From contig CBDCQT010000005.1 in assembly GCA_965220745.1 (NCBI GenBank), forward strand, positions 32,001 to 96,000: a stretch of DNA of 64,000 nucleotides, written 5' to 3'. Position numbers and translations under genes: made by a program. The notes beneath the pieces are model-generated. The model saw nothing but the letters and a program-made list of their open reading frames with translations, was not told where the DNA came from and did no database searches. Shown here piece after piece: positions 9,776-19,263 of the stretch (positions within the stretch are counted from its first letter, which is position 1; every line of letters begins with the position of its first letter). The DNA is from Alphaproteobacteria bacterium. GTDB taxonomy: Bacteria > Pseudomonadota > Alphaproteobacteria > UBA828.

Positions 9776-9907
9776 GACGATCAAATGCACATTCCCGTGC
9801 CAAGTGCTGCGTTTCCAGGGCAGGACTCGGTTGCAGTTCCACCCCGATTGGCTGCCAAGCTTGCACTTTACAGCGGGATGCAGAACCAGGATGCTCCCCC
9901 TGAATGA
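9776..9907 (+). pseudogene. HicB-like antitoxin remnant truncated by the IS
   Basis: The frame from 9776 reads IPVPSAAFPGQDSVAVPPRLAAKLALYSGM, resembling the middle of HicB proteins. Confidence 0.45.
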
Positions 9908-10095
9908 CGGAGTCATGGTCGCAGGACAATCTCTAGAGTTGGCAGAACTGACTTGCTACTCAGTCTCTGGTCCGTCCGATCTGAGCTTGGACACGGAGAT
10001 GCTGCAGTAAGTGGAGGTCAAAATCGGATGCCGCTTGACATGCACGGGCGCGCCGCGATCGCGGCTGTCACGCGTCCATCAAGGACTGACGCGCT

Positions 10096-11370
10096 CTAAT
10101 AGCCGAGACCCTGAGACATCTGGGCATAGCTGGTGAGAGGGACCGCGCACATCCGATTCCAGTCCGCCTTGTCGATGACGGGCCGATTTAACAGATCGAT
10201 CATATCATCGAATTTGCTGAGCGCGGCACAGCCCACCACCTCAGGCGCCGCTGCCTTGCGGTGTTGCGACCAGGCTCGGTCGCGGGCGTGGCGCCAAAAT
10301 GCGCTGTCGTACGTCGAGCCACAGGAATAGTGCCAACCGACGAACAAGCCGTAACAAAGCATGTTGTTGATGAGAAACCGATTGACCACCGGCGCGTCGC
10401 GCTCAAGATGCTCGACCGCGCGGTTCAGACGTATATGGAGAACCATCCCAATTTGCAACTGGGCGGATACGATCGCCGTTGCTTCGAGAGGCTCCATAAA
10501 GGCCGCAGCATTGCCGATGCGCGCCACCGCACCGTCGAAGATCCGACGGTGGACGAAATTGGGGAACGGAATGACGGCGCGCTGCTCGAACTCGGATACG
10601 CCATCGGCCTCAAGAAACGCGTCAAAGTCCGATTCGACGTCGGTTTGGCTGGAGACATTGCGGTTGAAGATGTACCCGTAGGATGTGTGCACGGTTAGCG
10701 GAATGACGAATACCCAACCATGCGGACGGGCAACCGCACGGGTATACGTATGCTGCAGAACCGGCCGGTCCTGTTCTTCCTCGATGATTGCCGGGCAGCG
10801 GCGGATGATGGCCGTATTGGTGGGGACGAAGGAAATGTCGATGTGGCGCTCGGGCTGGAGTTCCTTGGGAAAGCCGCGGGCATCGAAGACCAGGTCATAG
10901 CGTTCCGGCGCCAGGCCCTCGAGTTCCACTTGGGCACCGCCGTCCACCCTGGCGATGTCGAGTACTTTAGCGTCGATGTGGCGCGCGCGCGTGCTTTCGT
11001 GCAGCAGCTCCCCCATCAGGTCGGCGGAGAGGTGGTAGGCGTAGGAGACCTGCTGCGGCGTGAAGTAGTGCGTGAAGTCTCGATTGCGCCGGCCCCATCC
11101 CTCGAACGCGACGCCGTACTTGCGTGTTCCCTTCAGGCGCTGCTGGACGGTTTCGTGAGGCAGGTTCGTCAGTTTCTGCAATTCCTGAACGAGGCTCGGC
11201 CAGCTGCCTTCGCCGACGCCGATAACCGGGATGCGCGAATCATAAATGTGGTGGAGCTCGTGGTCGCCGTCGGGGAGAAGACTCGTCACGCGGGCAGCCG
11301 CCAGTGACCCTGCGGTTCCCCGCCCGATAACCGCGATCTTCCGCAGAGATTTAGTGCCCGGCTGTATCAT
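10096..11370 (-). CDS. Flavin-dependent tryptophan-halogenase-family enzyme, likely peptidyl brominase (SrpI-like)
   Basis: IGRGTAG, VGEGS, catalytic Lys in GTRKYGVAFEGW, GWVFVIPL and FMEPLEATAI; clustered with a precursor ending in Trp. Confidence 0.88.
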   Translation of the reverse strand: MIQPGTKSLRKIAVIGRGTAGSLAAARVTSLLPDGDHELHHIYDSRIPVIGVGEGSWPSLVQELQKLTNLPHETVQQRLKGTRKYGVAFEGWGRRNRDFTHYFTPQQVSYAYHLSADLMGELLHESTRARHIDAKVLDIARVDGGAQVELEGLAPERYDLVFDARGFPKELQPERHIDISFVPTNTAIIRRCPAIIEEEQDRPVLQHTYTRAVARPHGWVFVIPLTVHTSYGYIFNRNVSSQTDVESDFDAFLEADGVSEFEQRAVIPFPNFVHRRIFDGAVARIGNAAAFMEPLEATAIVSAQLQIGMVLHIRLNRAVEHLERDAPVVNRFLINNMLCYGLFVGWHYSCGSTYDSAFWRHARDRAWSQHRKAAAPEVVGCAALSKFDDMIDLLNRPVIDKADWNRMCAVPLTSYAQMSQGLGY

Positions 11371-11468
11371 CCCGCGTTGCTTTCAGGGCTGCCGGCCGAC
11401 TTGCTCTTCCTGAGATACTCGGATGCGCCTTGCAAACAACCAGCTGCCATGATCGTGGTCTCTCGCCG

Positions 11469-12698
11469 TCAGAAGCTGTAGGTGAAATCCATGCCCAGGT
11501 AACTGTCGCGTCGCCCACCGTAGGTCAAATCCTGCGCGTCGGCGCTCAAGTACGCGATCCCTTCCAGGCGCATCGTCCAGCTGTTCGTGAGGCGCCGTTT
11601 GAATTCCAGGTTTAGCGAACGCGTATCGTGGCGGAGGTCGGCAAGAACGCCCGCCACGAACTCGGTGCCCTGAACGTCGTTGAACGTGAGTGCGCCCGCG
11701 ACAAACAGGTCGTTCGCCCAGGCGCTCGTGGCGCGGCGTTCGCGGCCGTCGTAGCGCCACTCGGCGAGGACGGTCAGGTCCTCGCGGGACTGGAACACCG
11801 CGTAGAACGTGCGTTCCATGCCGAAGATGAAGGCGCCGTAATCCTCCTCCACGCCCAACAGATTGCGCGCGCCGCTACGGTGAATGGCTTCCAGCTTGTA
11901 AAGCCAGGGCTCGGTCGTGAGTTGCGCGTCCAGCCCGAACTGCCGGATTTGCTCGTAGTACGGGATCAAGCGCGTGCCGGTTCCTGCCGACGGCCCGGAT
12001 TGATGGCGGGCAAGAAAGGAAGGTTCGCGGCTCGTGCCGACAAAGGCAGTGAGGCCGAAATCAAGCAGGCCCACGGCATTGCTGTAGCGAAACGCAACAT
12101 CCAGATGGCGCTCTTCGGCACCGCTCTCGTACAGGGCGTCCCCGTCGATCAGGTGCTCCGAACGGTTGCGCCCGGCACGCCCCGGAAAGGTGCGCTTGCG
12201 ATGGTACGGCAGCAGAAAAGATTCGGCGATGCCCCAGTCGCCGGAAAGCGTCAGGTGCGCCATGGGCTGACCCAATTTGGGGCGGTCGCGCGGGTGCTCG
12301 ACGAGGTCCAGTTGGTTGACGATATCGACGAGGTTGTGCAGCTCGGCCACGCCCCAGAATACGCGGTCGACTCCCAGCCGAAGCTCCCAGGAATTCTCGT
12401 CCCAGTCTCCATACGTCAACACGTAGGCCTCGCGCAGGTCCGCATGTGTGCGCTCTGCATCGGCGCTGTCGTAACGATAAAAGGTGGTGAGGGTGAAGCT
12501 GGTTCTTTCGGCGACGTCCCCGTAGAGCGTCGGCTCGAGGACCAGCCCGCCGGTGGCCGAACGCTGACCGGCGAAGGCCGGCGATTGTGGATACCATTGC
12601 GCCTGCGTGCTCAGATCGCCGGAGAAATCAAGCGTCTGCGCCTCGGCACCGGCGGCGGCCAGGAGCACGAGGGCCGCAAGTGCGCCGCCGAATCGCAT
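11469..12698 (-). CDS. Putative outer-membrane beta-barrel protein
   Basis: Signal peptide (AEA-Q), DLREAY and VFWGVAE motifs, C-terminal YSF; translationally coupled to the LolA-like gene. Confidence 0.75.
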   Translation of the reverse strand: MRFGGALAALVLLAAAGAEAQTLDFSGDLSTQAQWYPQSPAFAGQRSATGGLVLEPTLYGDVAERTSFTLTTFYRYDSADAERTHADLREAYVLTYGDWDENSWELRLGVDRVFWGVAELHNLVDIVNQLDLVEHPRDRPKLGQPMAHLTLSGDWGIAESFLLPYHRKRTFPGRAGRNRSEHLIDGDALYESGAEERHLDVAFRYSNAVGLLDFGLTAFVGTSREPSFLARHQSGPSAGTGTRLIPYYEQIRQFGLDAQLTTEPWLYKLEAIHRSGARNLLGVEEDYGAFIFGMERTFYAVFQSREDLTVLAEWRYDGRERRATSAWANDLFVAGALTFNDVQGTEFVAGVLADLRHDTRSLNLEFKRRLTNSWTMRLEGIAYLSADAQDLTYGGRRDSYLGMDFTYSF

Positions 12699-13570
12699 CA
12701 GCGCACGCGTCGGAGTGCCGTTTGGGTAAACTCGCTTTCGGCAAGATCAGTGCGGAAGCGAAAATCGGTCCATTCAAGCACCGTGCTCGCACCGGTCAGG
12801 TGGTTCACCATCGTCTGTTCGTCTGCCCGCCAATACCGGTCCAGATATTGCTGATAGTCCGCAAAGGTGAGCGTCTTCAGGTGCGAGTTCTTGCGGTCGT
12901 AAAGCTCCATTTTCCAGGTTCGAAGCTCGACCGAATCCTGCCAAACGACCCTGCGGCTATATCCGGACTCCTCGTCCAGGGGAACCTGCTCGATCACCGT
13001 ACAGGTGAGGTTGCCGCAGGGCTCGTCGCGAAGATACTTGTAGGTGTATTCCCCTACCTCCAGCGAGCTCATGTCCTCGTACGAGAACTCGCTTCCCATG
13101 AAGGACCCCGAACGCCGCGCGGCATTAATTCGCTTCACTCTTTTCAGGGCCGGCAGATAGAGCCACTGGTCGTCCTGGGTGTTGATGTGAGCGTGAGTCA
13201 GGAGGGCAGTACCCTGCACGTCTCGCGGCTGGTCGAACACGAACAGGCTCTTGTCGCCGTCTCCCGGCACTTCCAGCACCTTGAAGCGCATCTGACGGAC
13301 GCTCTCGCGGCCGTGCCGATCGCGCAGCACCATCGTCATTCCGGCGGTGAAATCCTGGAAGCCGTCGTCGCGGGCGCTTGCTTCCTGCGCGATCCTCAGG
13401 CCCTTGTCCTCCGACGTTTCTTCCTGGGCGAGGGCATGTGCGCTCGGCAAGAAGAGGCACGCCAGCGCAAGAGCCAGGATACCGAACGAAGCACCTCGGG
13501 GGCGCCTGGAACTCCCTGTACCGCCTTGACTTCCAAACCGCCCCTTGGCGGTTACGCGGTCAGGCAACAT
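12698..13570 (-). CDS. Outer-membrane lipoprotein-sorting (LolA-like) protein
   Basis: FDQPRDVQGTALL, DDQWLYLPALKRVKRI and SFMGSEFSYED; start chosen at ATG 13570. Confidence 0.85.
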   Translation of the reverse strand: MLPDRVTAKGRFGSQGGTGSSRRPRGASFGILALALACLFLPSAHALAQEETSEDKGLRIAQEASARDDGFQDFTAGMTMVLRDRHGRESVRQMRFKVLEVPGDGDKSLFVFDQPRDVQGTALLTHAHINTQDDQWLYLPALKRVKRINAARRSGSFMGSEFSYEDMSSLEVGEYTYKYLRDEPCGNLTCTVIEQVPLDEESGYSRRVVWQDSVELRTWKMELYDRKNSHLKTLTFADYQQYLDRYWRADEQTMVNHLTGASTVLEWTDFRFRTDLAESEFTQTALRRVR

Positions 13571-14056
13571 CCGCGCAGATTCGGCGATTGACGTGTGGCA
13601 TCGTGCGTTGGTTTCCCGAAAACGTTGATGTCCTGGACGTTCTGGAAATACCAAAAGGAGCCGATTCTCGGCATCCGGTATTGACCGGAGAGGCACCCTG
13701 CGGCGAAGAGATTACCGGCGTCCATGCTCCCGCGCCAGGTCCTTTCGTCTTGATTAGGGGAAGGTCACCTGTGGACCCTTTGAGGCGCGAGCCGGCCGTT
13801 CCCGCACATTTCGGAGGTATCGCTCCGTATTCCACTGGTGTTGGATGCCGATCACGATATGTCGGCATGGTGGGCGGAGATCACTTGGCCGTCCGGACGC
13901 TCGACATCGCTCGGACAAGATGCCGTGCGCACCGCGTTCAAAACTTGAGGACTTGTTCTCTCCTGGTCGAGATTGTATAGGCTCTCCCAAGTTTTGCCGC
14001 ATCGAATCGATTTTCTTTGTCTCTGCTGGATCTCGGTGGGGAGGCGACGCACGGTT

Positions 14057-14596
14057 ATGTTTAATAGTCCGTTTGACTCATTTCATAATACTGTTGCCGA
14101 AGCGAAGGACGAAAGAGAACAACTCGACCGCTTGCTGACGATTTCCACACCACGGGAGCGTCTGCTTGTCGTCGGCATCGCTCTGCTGCTGTGCATCCTC
14201 CTGGCGTGGCTCTTCTTCGGCAGCGTAACCCGCAGCCTCGCGGTAGACGGCGTATTGCTCGAGCCGGGCATCGACTCGCCCGAAGGCCAGCGGTCCGTGC
14301 AAGCACTCGTCTGGATCGAGAGCGACGTTGCAGCGGATATCAAGGCCGGTATGCCGACGGTAATAGAGTTGGCCTTGGCAGGTGGCGACGCAGGCCAACT
14401 TGACGGCGTGATCGAGACGATTTCCCCCGCACCCCTGTCCGAGGAACTGGCGGCGTTTGCGTCTGCCGCGCCTGTGTCCGTGCACCGCGTCCATATCGGG
14501 CTCGACGAACACCTCGATTTTGAGTCGCTTGCGGACAGCAGGTGCCGAATCGTCATCGAACTGGACAGTCAGGCTCCGGTCGCCTTTTTCGAATAA
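14057..14596 (+). CDS. Short NHLP-system secretion adaptor (HlyD-like)
   Basis: EQLDRLLTISTPR...W.FFGSV N-terminus with one TM segment; only 179 aa; directly upstream of the NHLP ABC genes. Confidence 0.7.
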   Translation: MFNSPFDSFHNTVAEAKDEREQLDRLLTISTPRERLLVVGIALLLCILLAWLFFGSVTRSLAVDGVLLEPGIDSPEGQRSVQALVWIESDVAADIKAGMPTVIELALAGGDAGQLDGVIETISPAPLSEELAAFASAAPVSVHRVHIGLDEHLDFESLADSRCRIVIELDSQAPVAFFE

Positions 14597-14608
14597 GGCG
14601 GTCAAGAG

Positions 14609-16819
14609 ATGCTGCGACGCGCGTCAAAGAGGGCTGGGGACAAGGCCGACTCGGACTTCGCGAAACGAAGGGTAACCACGCCCATTCTGTTGCAGATGCA
14701 CGCATCGGAATGTGGGGCCGCCTGCCTCGGCAGCATATTGGCCTACTTCGGTCGCTGGGTGCCACTGACCGAACTTCGCGAAAAATGCGAGGTGAGCCGA
14801 GACGGCAGTAGTGCCGCGAGCATCTTGCGCGCATCCAGGCACTACGGTCTCGAGTGCAATGGCCTCAGCTTACGCGCCGAGCAACTGAAGAAGCTGGAAT
14901 TGCCTCTGATCCTGTTCTGGCAATTCAGTCATTTCGTTGTCTTCGAAGGGTTCGATGGCCGCCATTACCATCTCAATGACCCGTCCATGGGGCGGCGCAG
15001 GCTCTCCGCTGAGGAATTCGAGAAGGATTACAGCGGCATCGCGCTGAGGTTCAAGCGCGGCGCCGATTTCAGCCCCGGCGGCAGGCAGCCCAACCTGTTC
15101 AGGCAACTGAGCGCCTCGCTCGTCGACTCATGGAGCATGCTCACCGGCGTGGTCGCCTGCGGATTCATGTTGACGCTGCTGGCACTGATCGTTCCCGCGT
15201 CTCTCGGTGTGTTCGTGGACGAAGTTCTGGAAAATCACGGGAGCTGGGGCGGATTGGTGGCAGCCCTGCTGGGCGGCGGTGCGCTGGTCTACATCCTGTC
15301 CCTTCTCAGGCACCGGTTCCTAAAGCGGCTTGCCGTCCGGATTTCGGTGATCGGCTACAGCCGGAGCCTGTCGCGGCTGCTGCGATTGCCCGTGGAGTTC
15401 TTCGAGCACAGGCTGGTCGGCGACCTGACCGATCGAGTCTCGTCCGTCGACAGAATAGCGAAGAACCTGACGGACCAGTTTCTCGTGCTCATCATAGACA
15501 TGGCAATGAGCGCCGTGCTGCTCATCGCGATGTTCGCCTACGACGTCGTGCTCACGCTGATCGTGCTGTTGCTGGCGATCGTGCACGGATTGCTTGCGCA
15601 TGGTCTCAACGCGCTCCGGGCTGTTCGAAGCCAGGCGATGAGGCGCGAGCAGGGATTGCTGATCGGCGTGGGCATGCAGATGTTGAGTCATGCCGAGAAC
15701 CTGCGCATGACGGGCGCGGACGACCGCTTCTTCTCGCGCTGGAGCGGTCAACAGGCGCGCGAATTGCATGCGCGCCAGCTTTATTCCGAGCTGGGCTCCG
15801 TCAATACCGCGCTGCCGGGCCTCGTTGCCGTGCTGCGCGCAGCGGCCATCCTGGGCCTCGGGGGCAGCATGGTCATGGCCGGAGACATGACCCTGGGAAC
15901 GCTGGTCGGGTTCTATATCCTGGCAGAGATGTTTCTGGCGCCTGTCGGGCGCTTCCTGGAGTTTGCCGACAGACGCAAGGCGCTCGAAACCGACCTGCAA
16001 CGACTGGATGACATATCCAAAGCCGCACAAGATCCAGTCATCAGCCGCCGAAGTGAGGAATCGGAGTCGATCTCCACGTTCAACGGCCGGCTCCAGCTTG
16101 CAGGCCATCTCGAACTGCGAAACGTCACGTTCGGTTTCAACAAGAGCCGGCCGCCTCTGCTCAAGGACTTCAACCTCGTGCTGAAGCCGGGGCAGCGGGT
16201 TGCCATCGTCGGCCCCAGCGGTTCCGGCAAGTCGACGCTCGCGCGTCTCGTTTCGGGCATCTGTCAGCCCTGGTCGGGCGAAGTGCTGTTCGACGGCCAT
16301 CTTCGGGAGGAGATTCCGGAGGACGTGCTGCGGCGGTCCATTTCCATGGTGGATCAGGAGGTCGTGCTCTTTTCCGCGTCACTGCGGGACAACATCACAT
16401 TGTGGAACCCGGCCGTTCCGGACGAAGCCATCGTCGTCGCGACGCGGGATGCCCAGATCCACGACGAGATCCTGCTCAGGCCGCAGGGATACGCGACCCC
16501 CGTCGAGGAAGGCGGGGTGAATTTCAGCGGCGGCCAGCGGCAGCGGCTGGAAATCGCCCGTGCGCTGGTGGGCAACCCGACGGTAATCATTCTGGACGAG
16601 GCGACCAGCGCCCTCGACGCCGCGACGGAGGAACATGTCGACGACGCCTTGCGGCGCCGCGGCGTCACCTGCCTGATCGTGGCGCACCGGCTGAGCACCG
16701 TGCGGGATTGCGACGAGATCATCGTGCTCGACAAGGGCGCAGAGGTGCAGCGCGGAACGCACGACGCGCTGATCGCGGACAGGGACGGCGCGTACTACAA
16801 GCTGATCATGTCAGGCTGA
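14609..16819 (+). CDS. NHLP bacteriocin export ABC transporter (C39 peptidase/permease/ATPase)
   Basis: Q...ECGAACL, HFVV and LNDP peptidase residues; GPSGSGKST, FSGGQRQR and ILDEATS. Confidence 0.93.
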   Translation: MLRRASKRAGDKADSDFAKRRVTTPILLQMHASECGAACLGSILAYFGRWVPLTELREKCEVSRDGSSAASILRASRHYGLECNGLSLRAEQLKKLELPLILFWQFSHFVVFEGFDGRHYHLNDPSMGRRRLSAEEFEKDYSGIALRFKRGADFSPGGRQPNLFRQLSASLVDSWSMLTGVVACGFMLTLLALIVPASLGVFVDEVLENHGSWGGLVAALLGGGALVYILSLLRHRFLKRLAVRISVIGYSRSLSRLLRLPVEFFEHRLVGDLTDRVSSVDRIAKNLTDQFLVLIIDMAMSAVLLIAMFAYDVVLTLIVLLLAIVHGLLAHGLNALRAVRSQAMRREQGLLIGVGMQMLSHAENLRMTGADDRFFSRWSGQQARELHARQLYSELGSVNTALPGLVAVLRAAAILGLGGSMVMAGDMTLGTLVGFYILAEMFLAPVGRFLEFADRRKALETDLQRLDDISKAAQDPVISRRSEESESISTFNGRLQLAGHLELRNVTFGFNKSRPPLLKDFNLVLKPGQRVAIVGPSGSGKSTLARLVSGICQPWSGEVLFDGHLREEIPEDVLRRSISMVDQEVVLFSASLRDNITLWNPAVPDEAIVVATRDAQIHDEILLRPQGYATPVEEGGVNFSGGQRQRLEIARALVGNPTVIILDEATSALDAATEEHVDDALRRRGVTCLIVAHRLSTVRDCDEIIVLDKGAEVQRGTHDALIADRDGAYYKLIMSG

Positions 16820-19182
16820 TGCGGGCCGGGCCGGAACACACAGCGATCGCTGAGCTCGCCGCCCGCTCCGGTACGTCCGTGCCCTGCGCCGGCAACCTGC
16901 CGGTCAAGCTCGACGACCCGGACAGTGTCTGGTTCATCGATCGGGGCGCCGTCGATCTGTTCTACGTCGAATTCAAGGACGGGGTGGAGCAGGCAGCGCC
17001 GCAGCACCTGCTGCGCCGCGAGTCGGGCAATTTGCTGCCGGGTGTCGCGCCGGACGAGCAGGGCGACGGCAAGGACACGCGGCTCAGCCTGATCGCCAAG
17101 GGATTGCCGGGCACCCTACTGAAACGCCTGCCGGCATCCCTGCTGTCCGAGGCCCATCCGGAAGAGCTGGCGGAGCAGGTCGATACGTGGCTGGTCGCCA
17201 TCACCGACGAGCTGTCGCGTTTCGTTGGCTATCTTCCGCGCAAGACCGCGCTGGCCGAGCCCGGCCTGACTCAGACGCTGGCTCCCTGCACGCTATCCGT
17301 GAGACGCGGCGTGGTGTGGATGTCCGAGCCGTCGCGCGGCGCGAGCCTGTTCATGGACATGATCGATCAGGCGGAATTTGCCGGGGTGGGCGGCGCACAC
17401 GAAGCTGCAATACCGCTGACGCGGACGAGTTGGCTCACCCTGCTGGACGAGGCGACGGTATCGGGCAAATCGACCGAGACACTGGTGCGGCAAGGCCTGC
17501 TGCTGCCGACGCTTGCCTCCTTTCACTCGGTCGCCTTCGCCCTGGAACGCCTCAACCGCCGACTGGCCGTGGTCGATGACGCGAATCTCGAGCGCGCCCG
17601 GGTGGCCAGCCGCCGCACGGCCGAAAAATCTGCCCGACAGCGACTCTTCAATATCTATGACCTGCCGACTGACCGGGATGCCGATGTCGAGGACACGGCT
17701 CTGGCGGATGCCCTGAAGATCATCGGCCGCCACCGGGGCATCGATTTCAGGATTCCGGTTCGCTCGGGGCCTTCCGAGCCTCCGGTCAGCCTCGTCGACA
17801 TTCTCAATGCGTCCGGCGTGCGCGCCCGGCGCGTGAGATTCAAGGACGCGGGCAAATGGTGGCACGGCGACAGCAACGCCATGCTGGCATTCCGCGCCGA
17901 GGACGGCCAGCCCGTCGCGCTGCTACCGGGAACGTTCGGGCGCTACCGGGAAATCGACCCGGTCAGCGGGCGCAGCGTGCGGGTCACGGCGGAGCGCGCC
18001 GGCGCGCTGGAGAACGAAGCCTGGATGTTCTATCGCCCCCTGCCGTCGGGGCGCGTGAAGCCGAGCGACCTGCTGCGGCTCGCCCTGCAAGGCTCGGGCC
18101 CGGACCTCGCGCGGCTGGTGCTTGCCGGGCTTCCGGGGGGTCTCATCAAGTTGCTGCCGGCATTCGCACTCGGATTCGTCGCGAACCATATCGTGGCGGG
18201 CGGAAGCGCCGGAGCGATCTATGCCGCGGCCGCCACGCTGGCGGGGTTCGGCCTGCTTGGCGCGATGCTTCACTTGTTTCAAAGCGCGGCGATGATGCGG
18301 CTCGAGGGGCGCTCGGCGTCGCGGGTCGAAGCCGCCTTCTGGGACCGCCTCATGCGCCTTCCGCCGGCCGTTCTGCACCGCCATCCAGCCGGCGACCTGG
18401 CCATGTCGGGGATGACATTCCAGAATCTTCGCGACGGCCTGCAAGGGGTCGTCGCCGACAGCCTGCTGTCGGTCGTATTTCTGCTTCCGGTCTTCGGGGT
18501 CATGTTCTTCTACGATGCCACGCTAGGCGGCATCGCTCTCGTCTTCAGCCTGGGCTCGCTGTTGGTCACCGTCGCCATCGGGTTGCGCCAGATTTCGCCT
18601 TACGGGCGGATGATCAGTGCGGTACGCCGCGTTGCCGGCCGCCTGTTCCAGATCGTGGGCAGCATCGCCAAGCTGCGCGTGGAAAACGCGGAGGGGTCGG
18701 CGTTCGCCATCTGGGCGCGGGATTATCGCGAGCAGAAACGGGCGGAGCTCGAGCTGGGTGCGCTCGAGGGACATTCGCGGGCATTCGGCGCCGCGCTCCC
18801 CTTCCTAGCCGGCGGCGTGCTGCTTTGCGCAGTGGTCACGGTGGGCGAGCGGAACGTCCCGGTCGGCGACTTTCTCGTCGTTTACATCGTCTTCATCGCC
18901 TTCCAGGCCGCCATCGCCCGCTCGCTGATCGGCAGCCCGCGAATCATGCTGCTCGACGAGGCGACCAACTGGCTCGACAACGAAAGCCAGGCCGAGGTCA
19001 TGCAGAACCTGGCCCTCCTCACCTCCACGCGGATCGTCATCGCCCACCGGCTGTCTACGCTGCAGCAGGCCGACCGTATCTACGTGCTGCGGGCCGGACG
19101 AGTCGTGCAAAGCGGCTCGTTCAACGAACTCATGGAGGTCGACGGGGTTTTCAGGGAACTGGTCAGGAGGCAGGTCGCATGA
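16819..19182 (+). CDS. NHLP ABC transporter permease/ATPase subunit with internal in-frame deletion of the ATPase core
   Basis: TGATG overlap with the previous gene. The TM domain runs straight into IARSLIGSPRIMLLDEAT with no Walker A or signature motif. Confidence 0.8.
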   Translation: MRAGPEHTAIAELAARSGTSVPCAGNLPVKLDDPDSVWFIDRGAVDLFYVEFKDGVEQAAPQHLLRRESGNLLPGVAPDEQGDGKDTRLSLIAKGLPGTLLKRLPASLLSEAHPEELAEQVDTWLVAITDELSRFVGYLPRKTALAEPGLTQTLAPCTLSVRRGVVWMSEPSRGASLFMDMIDQAEFAGVGGAHEAAIPLTRTSWLTLLDEATVSGKSTETLVRQGLLLPTLASFHSVAFALERLNRRLAVVDDANLERARVASRRTAEKSARQRLFNIYDLPTDRDADVEDTALADALKIIGRHRGIDFRIPVRSGPSEPPVSLVDILNASGVRARRVRFKDAGKWWHGDSNAMLAFRAEDGQPVALLPGTFGRYREIDPVSGRSVRVTAERAGALENEAWMFYRPLPSGRVKPSDLLRLALQGSGPDLARLVLAGLPGGLIKLLPAFALGFVANHIVAGGSAGAIYAAAATLAGFGLLGAMLHLFQSAAMMRLEGRSASRVEAAFWDRLMRLPPAVLHRHPAGDLAMSGMTFQNLRDGLQGVVADSLLSVVFLLPVFGVMFFYDATLGGIALVFSLGSLLVTVAIGLRQISPYGRMISAVRRVAGRLFQIVGSIAKLRVENAEGSAFAIWARDYREQKRAELELGALEGHSRAFGAALPFLAGGVLLCAVVTVGERNVPVGDFLVVYIVFIAFQAAIARSLIGSPRIMLLDEATNWLDNESQAEVMQNLALLTSTRIVIAHRLSTLQQADRIYVLRAGRVVQSGSFNELMEVDGVFRELVRRQVA

Positions 19183-19263
19183 TCCGAGCAGTCAGACCGG
19201 GTCGGATTGCTCTCGGCGTAGCGCGCGCCCCGGGCGGCGTCCGCAACTAGGGGCCCCGGTCCC

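Noticed and set aside
16402-16818. N-terminal extension of the second ABC subunit (926-aa ORF)
   Set aside because: Overlaps the previous gene out of frame; the TGATG coupling at 16817-16821 gives the real start.
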